Notes: a model not told the origin generated them from the letters alone. DNA of 64,000 nucleotides from an uncultured Colwellia sp. (GCA_965261045.1 CBDHCJ010000002.1:48975-112974); one strand, 5' to 3'; positions 22,381 to 32,989 are shown, numbered from the stretch's first letter. Made by a program: numbers and translations.

Positions 22381-24012
22381 ATGAGTGAAAAAATGTGGTG
22401 GCATGGTGCGGTTATTTATCAGGTATATCCACGCAGCTTTTATGATGCTAACCAAGATGGAATTGGGGACTTAGCTGGTATTATTAGTAAACTTGACTAC
22501 ATTGTCAGCTTAGGTGTTGATGCTATTTGGATTTCACCGTTTTTTAAATCCCCAATGAAAGATTTTGGTTACGATATTAGTGATTATCGCGATATTGACC
22601 CGATTTTTGGTACCTTAGCCGATTTTGATGAATTAATAGCAAAAGCCCATATCCGTAATATTAAGGTTATGATTGACCAAGTGCTCAGTCATACTTCTGA
22701 TCAGCACCAATGGTTCATTGACAGCCGTGAAGATAAAACCAATGACAAAGCTGATTGGTATGTTTGGGCTGATGCCAAGGAAGATGGCACTGCGCCAAAT
22801 AATTGGCTATCCATTTTTGGTGGCTCGGGTTGGACATGGGAACCACGTCGTCAACAATATTATTTGCATAATTTTCTTTCAAGTCAGCCAGATCTTAACT
22901 TCCATAGCCCGCTAGTACGTCAAGCGGTACTTGATAATGTTGAGTTTTGGTTAAAACGTGGCGTTGATGGTTTTAGGCTTGATGCCATTAACTTTTGTTT
23001 TCATGATACGCAACTTCGTGACAACCCAGCTAAGCCGAAAGCATTAAGACAAAATATCGGTTTTGATGAAAAAAACCCTTATGCTTACCAATACCATTAT
23101 TTCAACAATACCCAAGATGAAAATTTAGCGTTTATTGAAGATATTCGTGCATTATTAGATCAATACCCTGGCGCAGTAGCCTTAGGAGAAATATCTTCAG
23201 AAGATTCTCTAAAAACCATGGCAGAATATACTCAAGGGAATAGCCGATTACATATGGGTTATAGCTTTGATTTATTAACCGATGAATTTTCGGCCAGCTA
23301 TATTAAACAAGTAGTGCAGTCATTAGAAACACATGTTGCCGACGGGTGGCCTTGTTGGGCAATCTCAAATCATGATGTACAGCGCGTGATGACTCGTTGG
23401 GGGAAAAGCCAACATGCAGAGCATAATAGCGACTTAGCTAAAATGTTGTTTGCGATGATATCCTCTTTACGTGGAAGTGTTTGTAGTTATCAAGGTGAGG
23501 AGTTAGGGCTAACTGAAGCAGAGATAGCTTTTGAAGATATTCAAGATCCCTACGGTATTACTTTCTGGCCGCAATTTAAAGGCAGAGATGGCTGTCGCAC
23601 ACCACACCCTTGGCGACATAAGCAAGTCAATGCCGGTTTTAGTAAAGTAAAACCTTGGTTACCTATGCCAACAGATCATATTGAAAAGTCGGTTGATTCA
23701 CAAGAAAGCCAAGAGAATTCAGTATTAAATAGTTATCGTTATTTTAATCAATGGCGTAAGCAGCATAGTGCTCTACTTTATGGTGACATTGAATTTCTTG
23801 ATACACCAGAGCCTATACTCGCTTTTATTCGACAAGAGAGCGGTGAAAAATTACTGATGTGTTTTAATTTTAGTAATCAGCAACAAGATGTTTCTTTTGA
23901 TTTGTTACTCGATGATTTACGAGTCATCACGGATCATAAATTAACCACAGCTGATCTCATTGATGGTCATATTGCGTTGCCTGCATTCGGCTGTTTTTAT
24001 GCCTCGTTATAA
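22381..24012 (+). CDS. GH13 alpha-glucosidase
   Basis: WWHGAVIYQVYPRSF, DFGYDISDY, GVDGFRLDAIN, GEI, SNHD; start at MSEKMWW. Confidence 0.95.
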   Translation: MSEKMWWHGAVIYQVYPRSFYDANQDGIGDLAGIISKLDYIVSLGVDAIWISPFFKSPMKDFGYDISDYRDIDPIFGTLADFDELIAKAHIRNIKVMIDQVLSHTSDQHQWFIDSREDKTNDKADWYVWADAKEDGTAPNNWLSIFGGSGWTWEPRRQQYYLHNFLSSQPDLNFHSPLVRQAVLDNVEFWLKRGVDGFRLDAINFCFHDTQLRDNPAKPKALRQNIGFDEKNPYAYQYHYFNNTQDENLAFIEDIRALLDQYPGAVALGEISSEDSLKTMAEYTQGNSRLHMGYSFDLLTDEFSASYIKQVVQSLETHVADGWPCWAISNHDVQRVMTRWGKSQHAEHNSDLAKMLFAMISSLRGSVCSYQGEELGLTEAEIAFEDIQDPYGITFWPQFKGRDGCRTPHPWRHKQVNAGFSKVKPWLPMPTDHIEKSVDSQESQENSVLNSYRYFNQWRKQHSALLYGDIEFLDTPEPILAFIRQESGEKLLMCFNFSNQQQDVSFDLLLDDLRVITDHKLTTADLIDGHIALPAFGCFYASL

Positions 24013-24034
24013 CTGACTTTAGGAAATATAGATA

Positions 24035-25804
24035 ATGAAAATATTATTAGCGATTTACTGTTTCTTTGCCTTGCATAATGTTGTTAGCGCACAGAGTTTT
24101 TCCACAGACAAAAAACAAAAGCTCACTGCCAAAGCCGTCAAATTAGCACCTTACGCAAAACGTGATTTTCAAGAAGAAGTGTTTTATTTTGTTTTACCAG
24201 ATCGCTTCTATAATGGTGATAAAAGCAATGATCTAGGCGCTGCCGCCAACGATAAAAAGCGTGCATTGTCTCATGGTGGTTTTGATAAAAGTCATAAAGG
24301 TATGTATCACGGTGGTGATTTAGCTGGTTTGACGCAAAAGTTACCTTATTTAGATAATCTGGGCATTACCGCCATTTGGTTAACACCAGTCTTACGCAAT
24401 CAAGCGATGCAAGCCGATAGCTCAGGTTATCACGGCTATTGGATTTTAGACTTTACGGAAATTGATCCACACTTTGGCAGCAATGCTGATTTAAAATATT
24501 TTATCGACCAAGCCCATCAGCGCAACATTAAAGTGTTTTTTGATATTATTACCAACCATACCGCCGATGTAATTAAAAATAAAGAATGCCATGGTGAAGA
24601 TGGCTTAGGTTGGATTGTTAAAGGCAATGATTGTCCTTTTAAATCATTAGCTCAAATGGCTAAAGGTGATGCTTATACGCCGTTAATACCCGCAGGTTTA
24701 GAGAACATTAAGACACCAGCCTGGCTTAACAATGTAGCGGCTTATCATAATCAAGGTGACTCAAACTGGGTGGGTGAAAGCTCAATTCGTGGTGATTTTT
24801 CTGGCCTTGATGATGTTGATACTAATCAAGATAAAGTCGTTAATGGCATGATAGATATTTATAAAGCCATTATTGATGAATTTAAACCTGATGGTTTCCG
24901 CATTGATACCGTGAAACACGTTAATATGGAATTTTGGCAAGATTTTTCACCAGCATTAATGCAGCATGCTAAAACCTTAGGTATCAATAACTTCTTTATG
25001 TATGGAGAGGTATATAATGTCGAACCTGAAATCTTAAGTACATATACCCGAGAAGGAAAAGTTCCATCGATATTAGATTTTGCTTTGCAAGATACGTTAC
25101 ATAAAACCTTGGTTGAGCATGCAGGTACTGACGTATTAGCTAGGTTGTTTGCTCAAGATTATTTTTATCAAACAAGTCATAAAGACATCAGCAATACTGA
25201 CGCCAATCAATTAGTCAATTTTACTGGTAATCATGATATGGGACGTTTTGCTTATGCCTTAAAAGAAAGCAAATATCATTACAATGAACAAGAGCAAATT
25301 CAACGAAACTTATTAGCACATGCTTTTGCTTTTTTTAGTCGTGGCGTGCCAGTGATTTATTATGGTGATGAGCAGGGTTTTGTCGGTGATGGTGGCGATC
25401 AAGCCTCTCGTCAAGACATGATGCCATCAAAAGTTGCTAGTTATAATGATGATGATCTTTTAGCAACTGATAAAACTACCGCTGATGATAATTTCGATAC
25501 GAGTCATTTGTTTTATCAAACTTTTGCTCAATATGCTGAGCTATATCAGCAATACCCAGCACTGCGTTTTGGTCAGCAAATACCGCTTTATTCACAAGAT
25601 AAACCAGGTATTTTTGCTTTCCAAAGAGCTTATACTTCTCAAGGAGAAGAGCAGACGTTGATACTCGTTTTTAATACGGCGACACAAGTACAAGGACTTG
25701 ATATTATTGAAAACAACAAAAACAGTGAGTTACTTTATCAATCAATTGCTAATGATGATGGCAAGATCGCTCCATTGAGCTTTATTATTTATGACATGAA
25801 CTAA
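24035..25804 (+). CDS. Exported GH13 alpha-amylase/cyclomaltodextrinase-like hydrolase
   Basis: Signal peptide; FYFVLPDRFYNGD, GYHGYW, DGFRIDTVKH, GEV, NHD. Confidence 0.92.
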   Translation: MKILLAIYCFFALHNVVSAQSFSTDKKQKLTAKAVKLAPYAKRDFQEEVFYFVLPDRFYNGDKSNDLGAAANDKKRALSHGGFDKSHKGMYHGGDLAGLTQKLPYLDNLGITAIWLTPVLRNQAMQADSSGYHGYWILDFTEIDPHFGSNADLKYFIDQAHQRNIKVFFDIITNHTADVIKNKECHGEDGLGWIVKGNDCPFKSLAQMAKGDAYTPLIPAGLENIKTPAWLNNVAAYHNQGDSNWVGESSIRGDFSGLDDVDTNQDKVVNGMIDIYKAIIDEFKPDGFRIDTVKHVNMEFWQDFSPALMQHAKTLGINNFFMYGEVYNVEPEILSTYTREGKVPSILDFALQDTLHKTLVEHAGTDVLARLFAQDYFYQTSHKDISNTDANQLVNFTGNHDMGRFAYALKESKYHYNEQEQIQRNLLAHAFAFFSRGVPVIYYGDEQGFVGDGGDQASRQDMMPSKVASYNDDDLLATDKTTADDNFDTSHLFYQTFAQYAELYQQYPALRFGQQIPLYSQDKPGIFAFQRAYTSQGEEQTLILVFNTATQVQGLDIIENNKNSELLYQSIANDDGKIAPLSFIIYDMN

Positions 25805-25903
25805 AAATATTCAGGATTGATATTAACTGACAGATTAATTATTATTTTTATAACCTATTGAAGATGAAGTACTATCACCATATCCCGTTGAATTTCCTAC
25901 AGT

Positions 25904-26388
25904 GTGAAGGGGAAATCCTTTCCACGCCCTAATAAACTTCTGCAATTTGCCAAATTATTAAAGTTAGGTTTTGCTGAACTTGTTATCAACGAAGAGCCAC
26001 ATGCTCCCGTTATAGCTTTTAGAAAAAAAGCGGGCTCTAAAACTAAAGACCACCATGTTAAAAAAGCACCTAAAAGAAAATAATAAGGGTGCTGGTTTTG
26101 TTCAAACAGTAACAGATATGCCATTGTTAGACGCTCGAAGTATCCACTCCGAGTTGACTTAATGCCCCAGTCTAAAATTTTAGTTGTTTCCCTGTCATAA
26201 GTAGAAAACAAAAAAAAGCGATTGAAAGTACCTTTTAATTCATCTGGGATCATGTTCAAACAGAATTGCCAGGACCATCAAAAGTAGATGCTTTATATAT
26301 TGCTTATGCTCTTGAATTAGGAATACCAGTGGTTACTGATGATCAAGATATGACGGAACTTGCTACAGCATTGGTAGTTGACGTCTGA
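25904..26388 (+). pseudogene. Remnant of a two-gene XRE-HTH-type DNA-binding protein + PIN-domain cassette
   Basis: Fragments SFPRPNKLLQFAKLLKLGFAELV...PVIAFRKK; TDMPLLDARSIHSELT* overlapping (TAATG, 26160..26164) MPQSKILV; then SRKQKKAIESTF*FIWDHVQTELPGPSKVDALYIAYALELGIPVVTDDQDM. Confidence 0.65.
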
Positions 26389-26518
26389 TAGGTTATTGAT
26401 TTTTACGCAAGTCATGCAAATGGATAGTTTTACCTTACGCCAGAGGCGTTATAATGAGGAGAGTTCATTGATATAGGCTAAAAAACAGGCTAAAAATGAA
26501 CTCCGAAACTTGATTTAG

Positions 26519-28030
26519 TTATAATAACGAGGCAATAAACTTTGTAAAAGAAGCGATATCTTCTCTTACACTAGCTGATTCAAGTGCCTGCGTATAATCA
26601 TCTCTGCGCTCAACGGGTACAACTGTCCATGGGTACCCACCTGATGCCATCATTAAGTTCATGATGAATCTACCCATACGGCCATTACCATCAAAATATG
26701 GATGTATATAAACAAAGAGAAAATGACCTAAGATAACTCTTACGGCTGGATTGTCCTCTTCCATCAATAGATCAAAAAATGCAGGCATCATATCTCGAAT
26801 AGCTTCTCGACTTGGCGGTGTATGCATCGACTTTCGGATATAAACAGGAGCTGTTCTATAACCAGCCAAATCAGATTGTTTAACAATACCTGCGGCAACA
26901 CTTGGCCCAAATAACGCTAAGTACCAATCAGCATGAGTAGCCTCTAATACATCACCAGGGTTTTCACCATTTAGCACTTTTTCTACGGCAAGTTTTACTA
27001 GCTGAAAAGCATCCCAATAGCCTTTTGCCGCCATAGCGTCTAAATGCTTTTTGCTTTCATCTGATTGTTCTATAAGCCAATTTCCATAACGCACCTGTTC
27101 AATCATCTCATGTGTGACACGATAGCCTTCAATTGATAATGAATGATACGCATCTGTCACAAATTTATCTTCTAACTCAGCTAAGTATCCTTGAGTATCA
27201 ACTGATCCCGTTGGTGCTTCAGGAAAATATTCAATTACGCTCTCTCGCATACTGTGCCACATCAAGCGCATACGATTAACATAAGGCGAGACTTCACGGC
27301 GACTAAAAGTGATTTCAGTTTTATCTTCAAAAGGGTCTATTTCTTTGACTCTATAATCAATCGCATCCATACCTTTGATGATGTTGTCGGCAATCAAGCT
27401 TCTGCCTATATTTCTAAAGCCTCCAGCTAAACGACCAGCACTGGTGACATGACCACCCTCAAGTAATACCATAAGCACATCTGATGCATCAGTTATCATT
27501 GAAAGCAGTGTTCGCATTTGAATCGGTTTTTGCATAAAGTTGTTTTTTGAACAATGCACAAGGCTTGCTGCCAAGCTGTAAACTCGCAAGCCGTCAATTA
27601 TTGATAGTTGCTCTGCACTTGGAAGCTCCATGCGAATATCAAAAACCGAAGTATTATAAATAAGCTTAGTTGGCTTATTTCGCCCTTTAGGGGAGCGTAC
27701 TAGTAATTGTGGAGGTACCGTTTTATCGCCAATATGAAGTTGAATAGATTGCTCTGGTGATAAGCACCAATTTTGATCAAGGCGCTCATCGAGATAAGAA
27801 GCACAAAAGTCCCAAAATGAAGTATACCAATCGGTACTATCACCCTGTTTTTTATCAGGGCTTGAGGGGATGTACCAGCCACGCATTACTTCATGAATAA
27901 AACCGTGTTTAGTTAAGCGTTCTCTATCACTACGCTCAAGCATTTTAGACTGTACAGCCACAACACCTTTATCTTGTAATTGCTTTAGCTTCCCCAATGA
28001 ATGTGCTAACTTTTCTGAGACTTTATTCAT
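26519..28030 (-). CDS. Long Fic family protein with extended N-terminal (possibly wHTH/AbiEi-like) region
   Basis: HPYFDGNGRMGR motif, SLSIEG inhibitory motif; start at MNKVSEKL after ggtggt RBS-like site. Confidence 0.9.
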   Translation of the reverse strand: MNKVSEKLAHSLGKLKQLQDKGVVAVQSKMLERSDRERLTKHGFIHEVMRGWYIPSSPDKKQGDSTDWYTSFWDFCASYLDERLDQNWCLSPEQSIQLHIGDKTVPPQLLVRSPKGRNKPTKLIYNTSVFDIRMELPSAEQLSIIDGLRVYSLAASLVHCSKNNFMQKPIQMRTLLSMITDASDVLMVLLEGGHVTSAGRLAGGFRNIGRSLIADNIIKGMDAIDYRVKEIDPFEDKTEITFSRREVSPYVNRMRLMWHSMRESVIEYFPEAPTGSVDTQGYLAELEDKFVTDAYHSLSIEGYRVTHEMIEQVRYGNWLIEQSDESKKHLDAMAAKGYWDAFQLVKLAVEKVLNGENPGDVLEATHADWYLALFGPSVAAGIVKQSDLAGYRTAPVYIRKSMHTPPSREAIRDMMPAFFDLLMEEDNPAVRVILGHFLFVYIHPYFDGNGRMGRFIMNLMMASGGYPWTVVPVERRDDYTQALESASVREDIASFTKFIASLL

Positions 28031-28042
28031 GCCAACCACCAT

Positions 28043-28119
28043 TAGCTTTTGATGAAAGTAATTGTTAGCTTTTAATGTAACCCATAACTAGCTTTTAGCG
28101 CAAACAAAAAATAGCTTTT
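28043..28119 (-). repeat. Four AAAAGCTA boxes at exact 23-bp period upstream of the Fic gene
   Basis: tagctttt on + strand at 28043, 28066, 28089, 28112 with 15-bp non-conserved spacers. Confidence 0.9.
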
Positions 28120-28332
28120 AATGTTTTCTATTGTCATTTTATAGTGGTGGCCTTTGTTATTCTTATATTCCTTAGATGCACTTACTATGTGAATCTAAGT
28201 TTTATAAAGCCTTATCGTGAGACATACTTTTTAAATAAAAGCGCGTAAATGCTAAAGATATTTACAGATAATAACGTTAAGATAGCAGCCATATTTGTTA
28301 TTGAGTATTGTAGAGTGTTATAGGGTGTTAAT

Positions 28333-28965
28333 GTGAATTCAATCGAACGTTTAACTGGTATATTAATGCGTTTAGCTATAGAGGCAACGCAAACCGATGC
28401 TATGAATGCGCAAAACAAATCTCATCGCTTAATTGAAAATAACAATTTATTCTCTTCCACACTTTTTGTTAGTCAAAGTGATCGTTTTCTCCCTTACGTT
28501 AAAGAAGTCGAGCGTAGATTGGTTGAATTTACCCGTTTAGTAGCAGCCAATAAAATCGAATTATCGCAGGCATTATTACAGCAGTTAGAACAACAAATAT
28601 CCGCAATATCAAATGCATTACATGCGAATTCAACTATGCATCAAGCAGCAAAGCTAAGCTTTGATGCTAATTATAAAGTAAGAATAAAAAAAGCTAAGGC
28701 TAAACAAGCTAATAAATATCGTAATTTGACCAAAAAGTTGGTGTTGAGTAGCCATCAGCTTTATCAAAAATTAACCGAGCATCACGAATTTGAACAACGT
28801 TTAATGGATATGCTTATAGAGAAAGAGCGACAAAGACTGAAATGCAAAAGTCATGAAAATGAAAAGTTATCTACTGAAGTCTTAACGCTACACCAGCGCC
28901 TTGGTCGCTGTCGTAAAGCCATTTCAACTATTGAACGTGATATTGAGTTAGCTGAAAAGCGCTGA
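28333..28965 (+). CDS. priC: Primosomal replication protein PriC family
   Basis: LFSSTLF.SQSDRFLPYVKE; C-terminal HQRLGRCRKAISTIERDIE. Confidence 0.8.
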   Translation: MNSIERLTGILMRLAIEATQTDAMNAQNKSHRLIENNNLFSSTLFVSQSDRFLPYVKEVERRLVEFTRLVAANKIELSQALLQQLEQQISAISNALHANSTMHQAAKLSFDANYKVRIKKAKAKQANKYRNLTKKLVLSSHQLYQKLTEHHEFEQRLMDMLIEKERQRLKCKSHENEKLSTEVLTLHQRLGRCRKAISTIERDIELAEKR

Positions 28966-29112
28966 TGCTACCTAAATACTCACATTTTACCCACACCATT
29001 TTACCTACACCAAGGTTACTCTTTGATTAATGTAACCCTGGTGTGTCATCTTTGTGGTGTCTAAATCGAGCACCTTGCGTTTAAGTTACCAATATTTATA
29101 GTGAAGGGTATA

Positions 29113-29188
29113 TGGCGCTTCATGCAGGAGTCGAACCTGCGCATCCAGCTTAGGAGGCCGGCACTCTATCCAACTGAGTTAATGAAGC
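29113..29188 (-). tRNA. tRNA-Arg (anticodon CCT)
   Basis: Cloverleaf GCTTCAT/ATGAAGC, D-arm ACTC/GAGT, anticodon loop CT-CCT-AA, T-arm GCAGG-TTCGACT-CCTGC, encoded CCA. Confidence 0.93.
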
Positions 29189-29474
29189 ATGGGAGGTACT
29201 ATACTAAATTAATAATCAACAAGAAGCTATTCCTCTATTACAAACTAATCAAGCAGGTGGTAAGTTTTATACTCACGCAATAAAATTGATGAAATTATCA
29301 CTAAATGTGAGTTAGCTTATGCAAAAGTTGAAATGTTAATATCTGTTTATCAAAAGAAAGTCCTTCTTAGTTTTTTTTATCGTAGACTTATCGAGTTAAA
29401 TTTATGTTAAGCTAATACGGCTTTTCTGCACTTTATTTAAAAAAAAAATTAGTCATTGCAAGGAATTAGACTCT

Positions 29475-30248
29475 GTGAATTTATCTATATTTCAATGTTC
29501 TCGCACGCTTGTATTATTATCTGTTATTTTTATATCAGCTTGCTCGGCAACTTCTGCAGATAAAAGTATTAATGACTCTAGAGATCCACTAGAAGTTATT
29601 AACCGGCCACTTTGGACTTTTACTTGGGATTATGCTGATAAGTATGTTGCTAAACCCGCATCTGAATTATATACCGCTTATACCCCCCCGTTTTTACGCA
29701 CAGGTTTATACAATATGGCTCTTAACCTTAATGAGCCGTCAAGTGCGATTAATAATCTTTTGCAGTTAAAGTTTACTGATGCGGCAAAAAGTACCAGTCG
29801 CTTTGTACTAAATTCAACGATAGGTTTATTGGGCTTTTATGATCCTGCGAGTGATTTTGACTGGTCTGGTGAACAAGAGGAGTTTGGAGAGGTATTGGGT
29901 AGTTATGGCGTTGGTGATGGCCCTTACCTTGTTGTACCTGGCCTAGGGCCTAGCTCAGTCAGAGAAGAGGTAGGTGATTATGTTGATGGTTTATATTGGC
30001 CTTTAGCTTTTATTGATTTTTGGCCAAACTTGGTACGTTTAGGAGTACTTGGTTTAGAGAAAAGAGCGGCAGTTCGTGATCAAGAACAATTAGTGATTGA
30101 ATCTACAGATCCTTATGAATTTATCAAAAATGCCTACTTCCAGAATATGAACTATCGTTTATATGACGGTAATCCTCCTATCGTTATCGATGAAGATGAA
30201 GAAGCTGAAATTGATGCCTTATTAGAAGAATTTGATGACATTGATTAA
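29475..30248 (+). CDS. mlaA: MlaA/VacJ lipoprotein
   Basis: Lipobox ISAC; RDPLEVINR, NSTIGLLG, GDGPYLVVPGLGPSSVR. Confidence 0.93.
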   Translation: MNLSIFQCSRTLVLLSVIFISACSATSADKSINDSRDPLEVINRPLWTFTWDYADKYVAKPASELYTAYTPPFLRTGLYNMALNLNEPSSAINNLLQLKFTDAAKSTSRFVLNSTIGLLGFYDPASDFDWSGEQEEFGEVLGSYGVGDGPYLVVPGLGPSSVREEVGDYVDGLYWPLAFIDFWPNLVRLGVLGLEKRAAVRDQEQLVIESTDPYEFIKNAYFQNMNYRLYDGNPPIVIDEDEEAEIDALLEEFDDID

Positions 30249-30375
30249 TTTCAGTATATATTTTAGCAAAGTGAATAAACATATACCGAAGTTAAGCACA
30301 ATTTGCTAGAATTGCGACAATTTTTTACTTATGCCAAATTTAGCTTTGGCTAAATTATTTATTGGAAATTTTTAG

Positions 30376-30840
30376 ATGAATATCATTGAAGGTTCATTTG
30401 AGGCAAAAGGCAAAAAATTTGCCATTGTTGTGTCTCGTTTTAATCACTTTATTGTTGATAGTTTATTAGACGGTGCCGTTGATGCACTTAAACGCCATGG
30501 TAGTGTTGCTGATAACGATATTACTATTGTCCGCGTTCCTGGAGCTTATGAGTTGCCATTAGCCGCAAAAAAAGTTGCAGCAAAGGCCGAGTATGATGCG
30601 ATTATTGCTATTGGCGCTGTTATTCGTGGTGGTACTCCTCATTTTGATTTCGTTGCTGGTGAATGTAATAAAGGTTTAGCGCAGGTTTGTTTAGAATCCG
30701 AAATACCAGTTTCTTTTGGTGTTATAACCACAGATTCGATAGAACAAGCGATTGAACGCGCAGGAACTAAAGCTGGTAACAAAGGAGCCGAAGCGGCTCT
30801 TAGCGCTTTAGAAATGGTTAACGTTTTAGCTCAACTGTAG
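30376..30840 (+). CDS. ribH: 6,7-dimethyl-8-ribityllumazine synthase
   Basis: [25 protein letters not shown]. Confidence 0.98.
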   Translation: MNIIEGSFEAKGKKFAIVVSRFNHFIVDSLLDGAVDALKRHGSVADNDITIVRVPGAYELPLAAKKVAAKAEYDAIIAIGAVIRGGTPHFDFVAGECNKGLAQVCLESEIPVSFGVITTDSIEQAIERAGTKAGNKGAEAALSALEMVNVLAQL

Positions 30841-30850
30841 GATATTTATT

Positions 30851-31267
30851 GTGAAACCTTCACCTAGACGAAAAGCACGGGAACTTGCGTTTCAAGCTGT
30901 TTTTTCATGGCAAATTAATCAAAACCCAGTGAACGATATTGAAGTTAACTTTATAACGGATAACAGTAAACGTCGATTTGATATTGAGTACTTTCAGCTA
31001 TTATTACGTGGTGTTACTAGCAATGTCAAAGCGTTAGATCTTGCTATTTCTCCCTATGTAGATCGTCCCATTGATGATATTGATCATGTTGAAAAGGCCA
31101 TTTTACGCGTTGCTGTTTTTGAATTAAGTGATTGCCAAGATGTGCCTTATCGAGTGGTTATCAATGAAGCAATTGAATTAGCCAAATCATTCGCAGCTGA
31201 TGATAGCCATAAGTTCGTTAATGGTGTGTTAGATAAAGCCGTTAAATTGATCCGTCCTCAAAACTAA
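30851..31267 (+). CDS. nusB: Transcription antitermination factor NusB
   Basis: RRKARE; INEAIELAKSF; FVNGVLD. Confidence 0.97.
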   Translation: MKPSPRRKARELAFQAVFSWQINQNPVNDIEVNFITDNSKRRFDIEYFQLLLRGVTSNVKALDLAISPYVDRPIDDIDHVEKAILRVAVFELSDCQDVPYRVVINEAIELAKSFAADDSHKFVNGVLDKAVKLIRPQN

Positions 31268-31290
31268 TTAACAAAGCGTATTTGTAGTAT

Positions 31291-32256
31291 ATGAAAGAAT
31301 TTGAGCTGATAAAGCATTTTTTTACCGAGCAAATAGTCAACAGAAAAGATGTTTTACTCGGCATTGGTGATGACTGTGCTGTTGTTGCTAGTACAAAAAA
31401 TCAAGACATTGTTGTTACTACTGACACTTTAGTTGCTGGTGTTCATTTTCCTTTAGGGACTTCACCTAGAGCAATTGGTCATAAAGCCGTAGCAGTTAAC
31501 TTGTCTGATATTGCAGCGATGGGAGCGAAACCAAGCTGGTTGTCTCTTGCTATTACTTTGCCTGAAGTCAATCTTGATTGGCTTGCCGAGTTCTGTGTCG
31601 GCGTGTTTGAATTATGTGAATATTATAATGTTCAGCTTATTGGTGGTGACACTACACAAGGCCCGTTAAGTATTACCATCACAGCGCAAGGTTTAACCCC
31701 AGAAGGCAAGTATTTATCTCGTTCTGGTGCTAAAGCTGGTGATTGGCTTTATGTTACAGGGGAATTGGGTGATGCCGCGCTAGCTTTACAGCATTATAAA
31801 GAGCAAGTTACTGTTAATAGTGATTTTGTTGAGAAAATACAGGCTAAGTTAGACTACCCTAAACCTCGTGTACTTGCAGGCCAAACTTTACGTGAATATG
31901 CGTCTGCGGCTATTGATATATCTGATGGTCTACTTGCTGATTTAGGCCATCTCTGCCAAGCATCTAATGTTGGTGCTAATATTGTACTTGATGCTATTCC
32001 ATTATCTGACATTATGTGTGACACCTTATTATTTGACGATGCGGTTAATCTCGCTCTTAATGGTGGTGATGATTATGAGCTATTATTTACTGTGTCTGAA
32101 GATAACAAGGTCGGTATAGAAACCGCTTTATTTCATGCTGGCACCCCTGCTATATGTATAGGTCAAATAAATGCATCGAAAACTATTTCAACAACCTTGA
32201 ATAATAAACCTGTGCCGATGAAGAATGCTGGTTTTGAACACTTTTTTGCAAAATAA
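31291..32256 (+). CDS. thiL: Thiamine-phosphate kinase
   Basis: EFELI, GIGDDCA, NLSDIAAMG, DISDGL, GGDDYELLF. Confidence 0.97.
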   Translation: MKEFELIKHFFTEQIVNRKDVLLGIGDDCAVVASTKNQDIVVTTDTLVAGVHFPLGTSPRAIGHKAVAVNLSDIAAMGAKPSWLSLAITLPEVNLDWLAEFCVGVFELCEYYNVQLIGGDTTQGPLSITITAQGLTPEGKYLSRSGAKAGDWLYVTGELGDAALALQHYKEQVTVNSDFVEKIQAKLDYPKPRVLAGQTLREYASAAIDISDGLLADLGHLCQASNVGANIVLDAIPLSDIMCDTLLFDDAVNLALNGGDDYELLFTVSEDNKVGIETALFHAGTPAICIGQINASKTISTTLNNKPVPMKNAGFEHFFAK

Positions 32257-32284
32257 TTACTTTAAGCTTTTATCGCAATAATTC

Positions 32285-32764
32285 ATGAAACATATCAACA
32301 CTAAAGTTACTTTTGATTTAACACAACCTATACAGTTTTTAGCCTTAGGGTTTGGTAGCGGTTTAGCACCTAAAGCACCCGGAACATTTGGTACTTTAGC
32401 GGCTATTCCAATTTTCTGGTTATTAACGATGTTAATGCCAACGCCATTGTCTTATGCTATCACTGTGATCGTTTTAGGCTTTGCTGGTATTTATATTTGT
32501 GGTAAGGCTGCAAACGATGTTGGTGTTCATGATCATCCGGCTATTGTTTGGGATGAATTTATTGGCTTTTTTATTACCATGTTTATGGTGCCAGTGACTT
32601 GGAAAACTATTCTTGTGGGTTTTTTACTTTTTCGAATATTTGATATTTTAAAGCCTTGGCCAATCTCTTTTATTGATAAAAAAATGACAGGTGGTTTAGG
32701 TATTATGTTTGATGATGTACTTGCTGGAATCTTTGCTTTAGTTATCATGCAGTTAATTTTTTAA
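32285..32764 (+). CDS. pgpA: Phosphatidylglycerophosphatase A
   Basis: GFGSGLAPKAPGTFGT; DHPAIVWDE; GIMFDD. Confidence 0.97.
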   Translation: MKHINTKVTFDLTQPIQFLALGFGSGLAPKAPGTFGTLAAIPIFWLLTMLMPTPLSYAITVIVLGFAGIYICGKAANDVGVHDHPAIVWDEFIGFFITMFMVPVTWKTILVGFLLFRIFDILKPWPISFIDKKMTGGLGIMFDDVLAGIFALVIMQLIF

Positions 32765-32989
32765 GCTTTTATTTATTCTTTTTTTTGTCCATTTATTGAC
32801 CTGTATCAATAGTCTTTCCTCTTGTTTTAAGCTACTTTTAAGTTTGGGGAGAGGGAAAATAAATATCCTAAAAGCTTGTTTTTTATTTTTCTACCCTCAG
32901 CTATTTATTAGGGCAAAGAACATTTAATCATAATGCTCTGATTGCTAGCTCACCGTACTTGTGTAAAGTAATTGTTAAAAGGAATACCT

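Noticed and set aside
25897-26259. 120-aa minus-strand ORF
   Set aside because: Antisense to the recognisable plus-strand HTH/PIN fragments.
28043-28119. CRISPR interpretation of the 23-bp periodic array
   Set aside because: Conserved part is only 8 bp, spacers 15 bp, four copies, and no cas genes in the window.
29101-29283. 60-aa ORF
   Set aside because: Overlaps the tRNA-Arg gene on the opposite strand.
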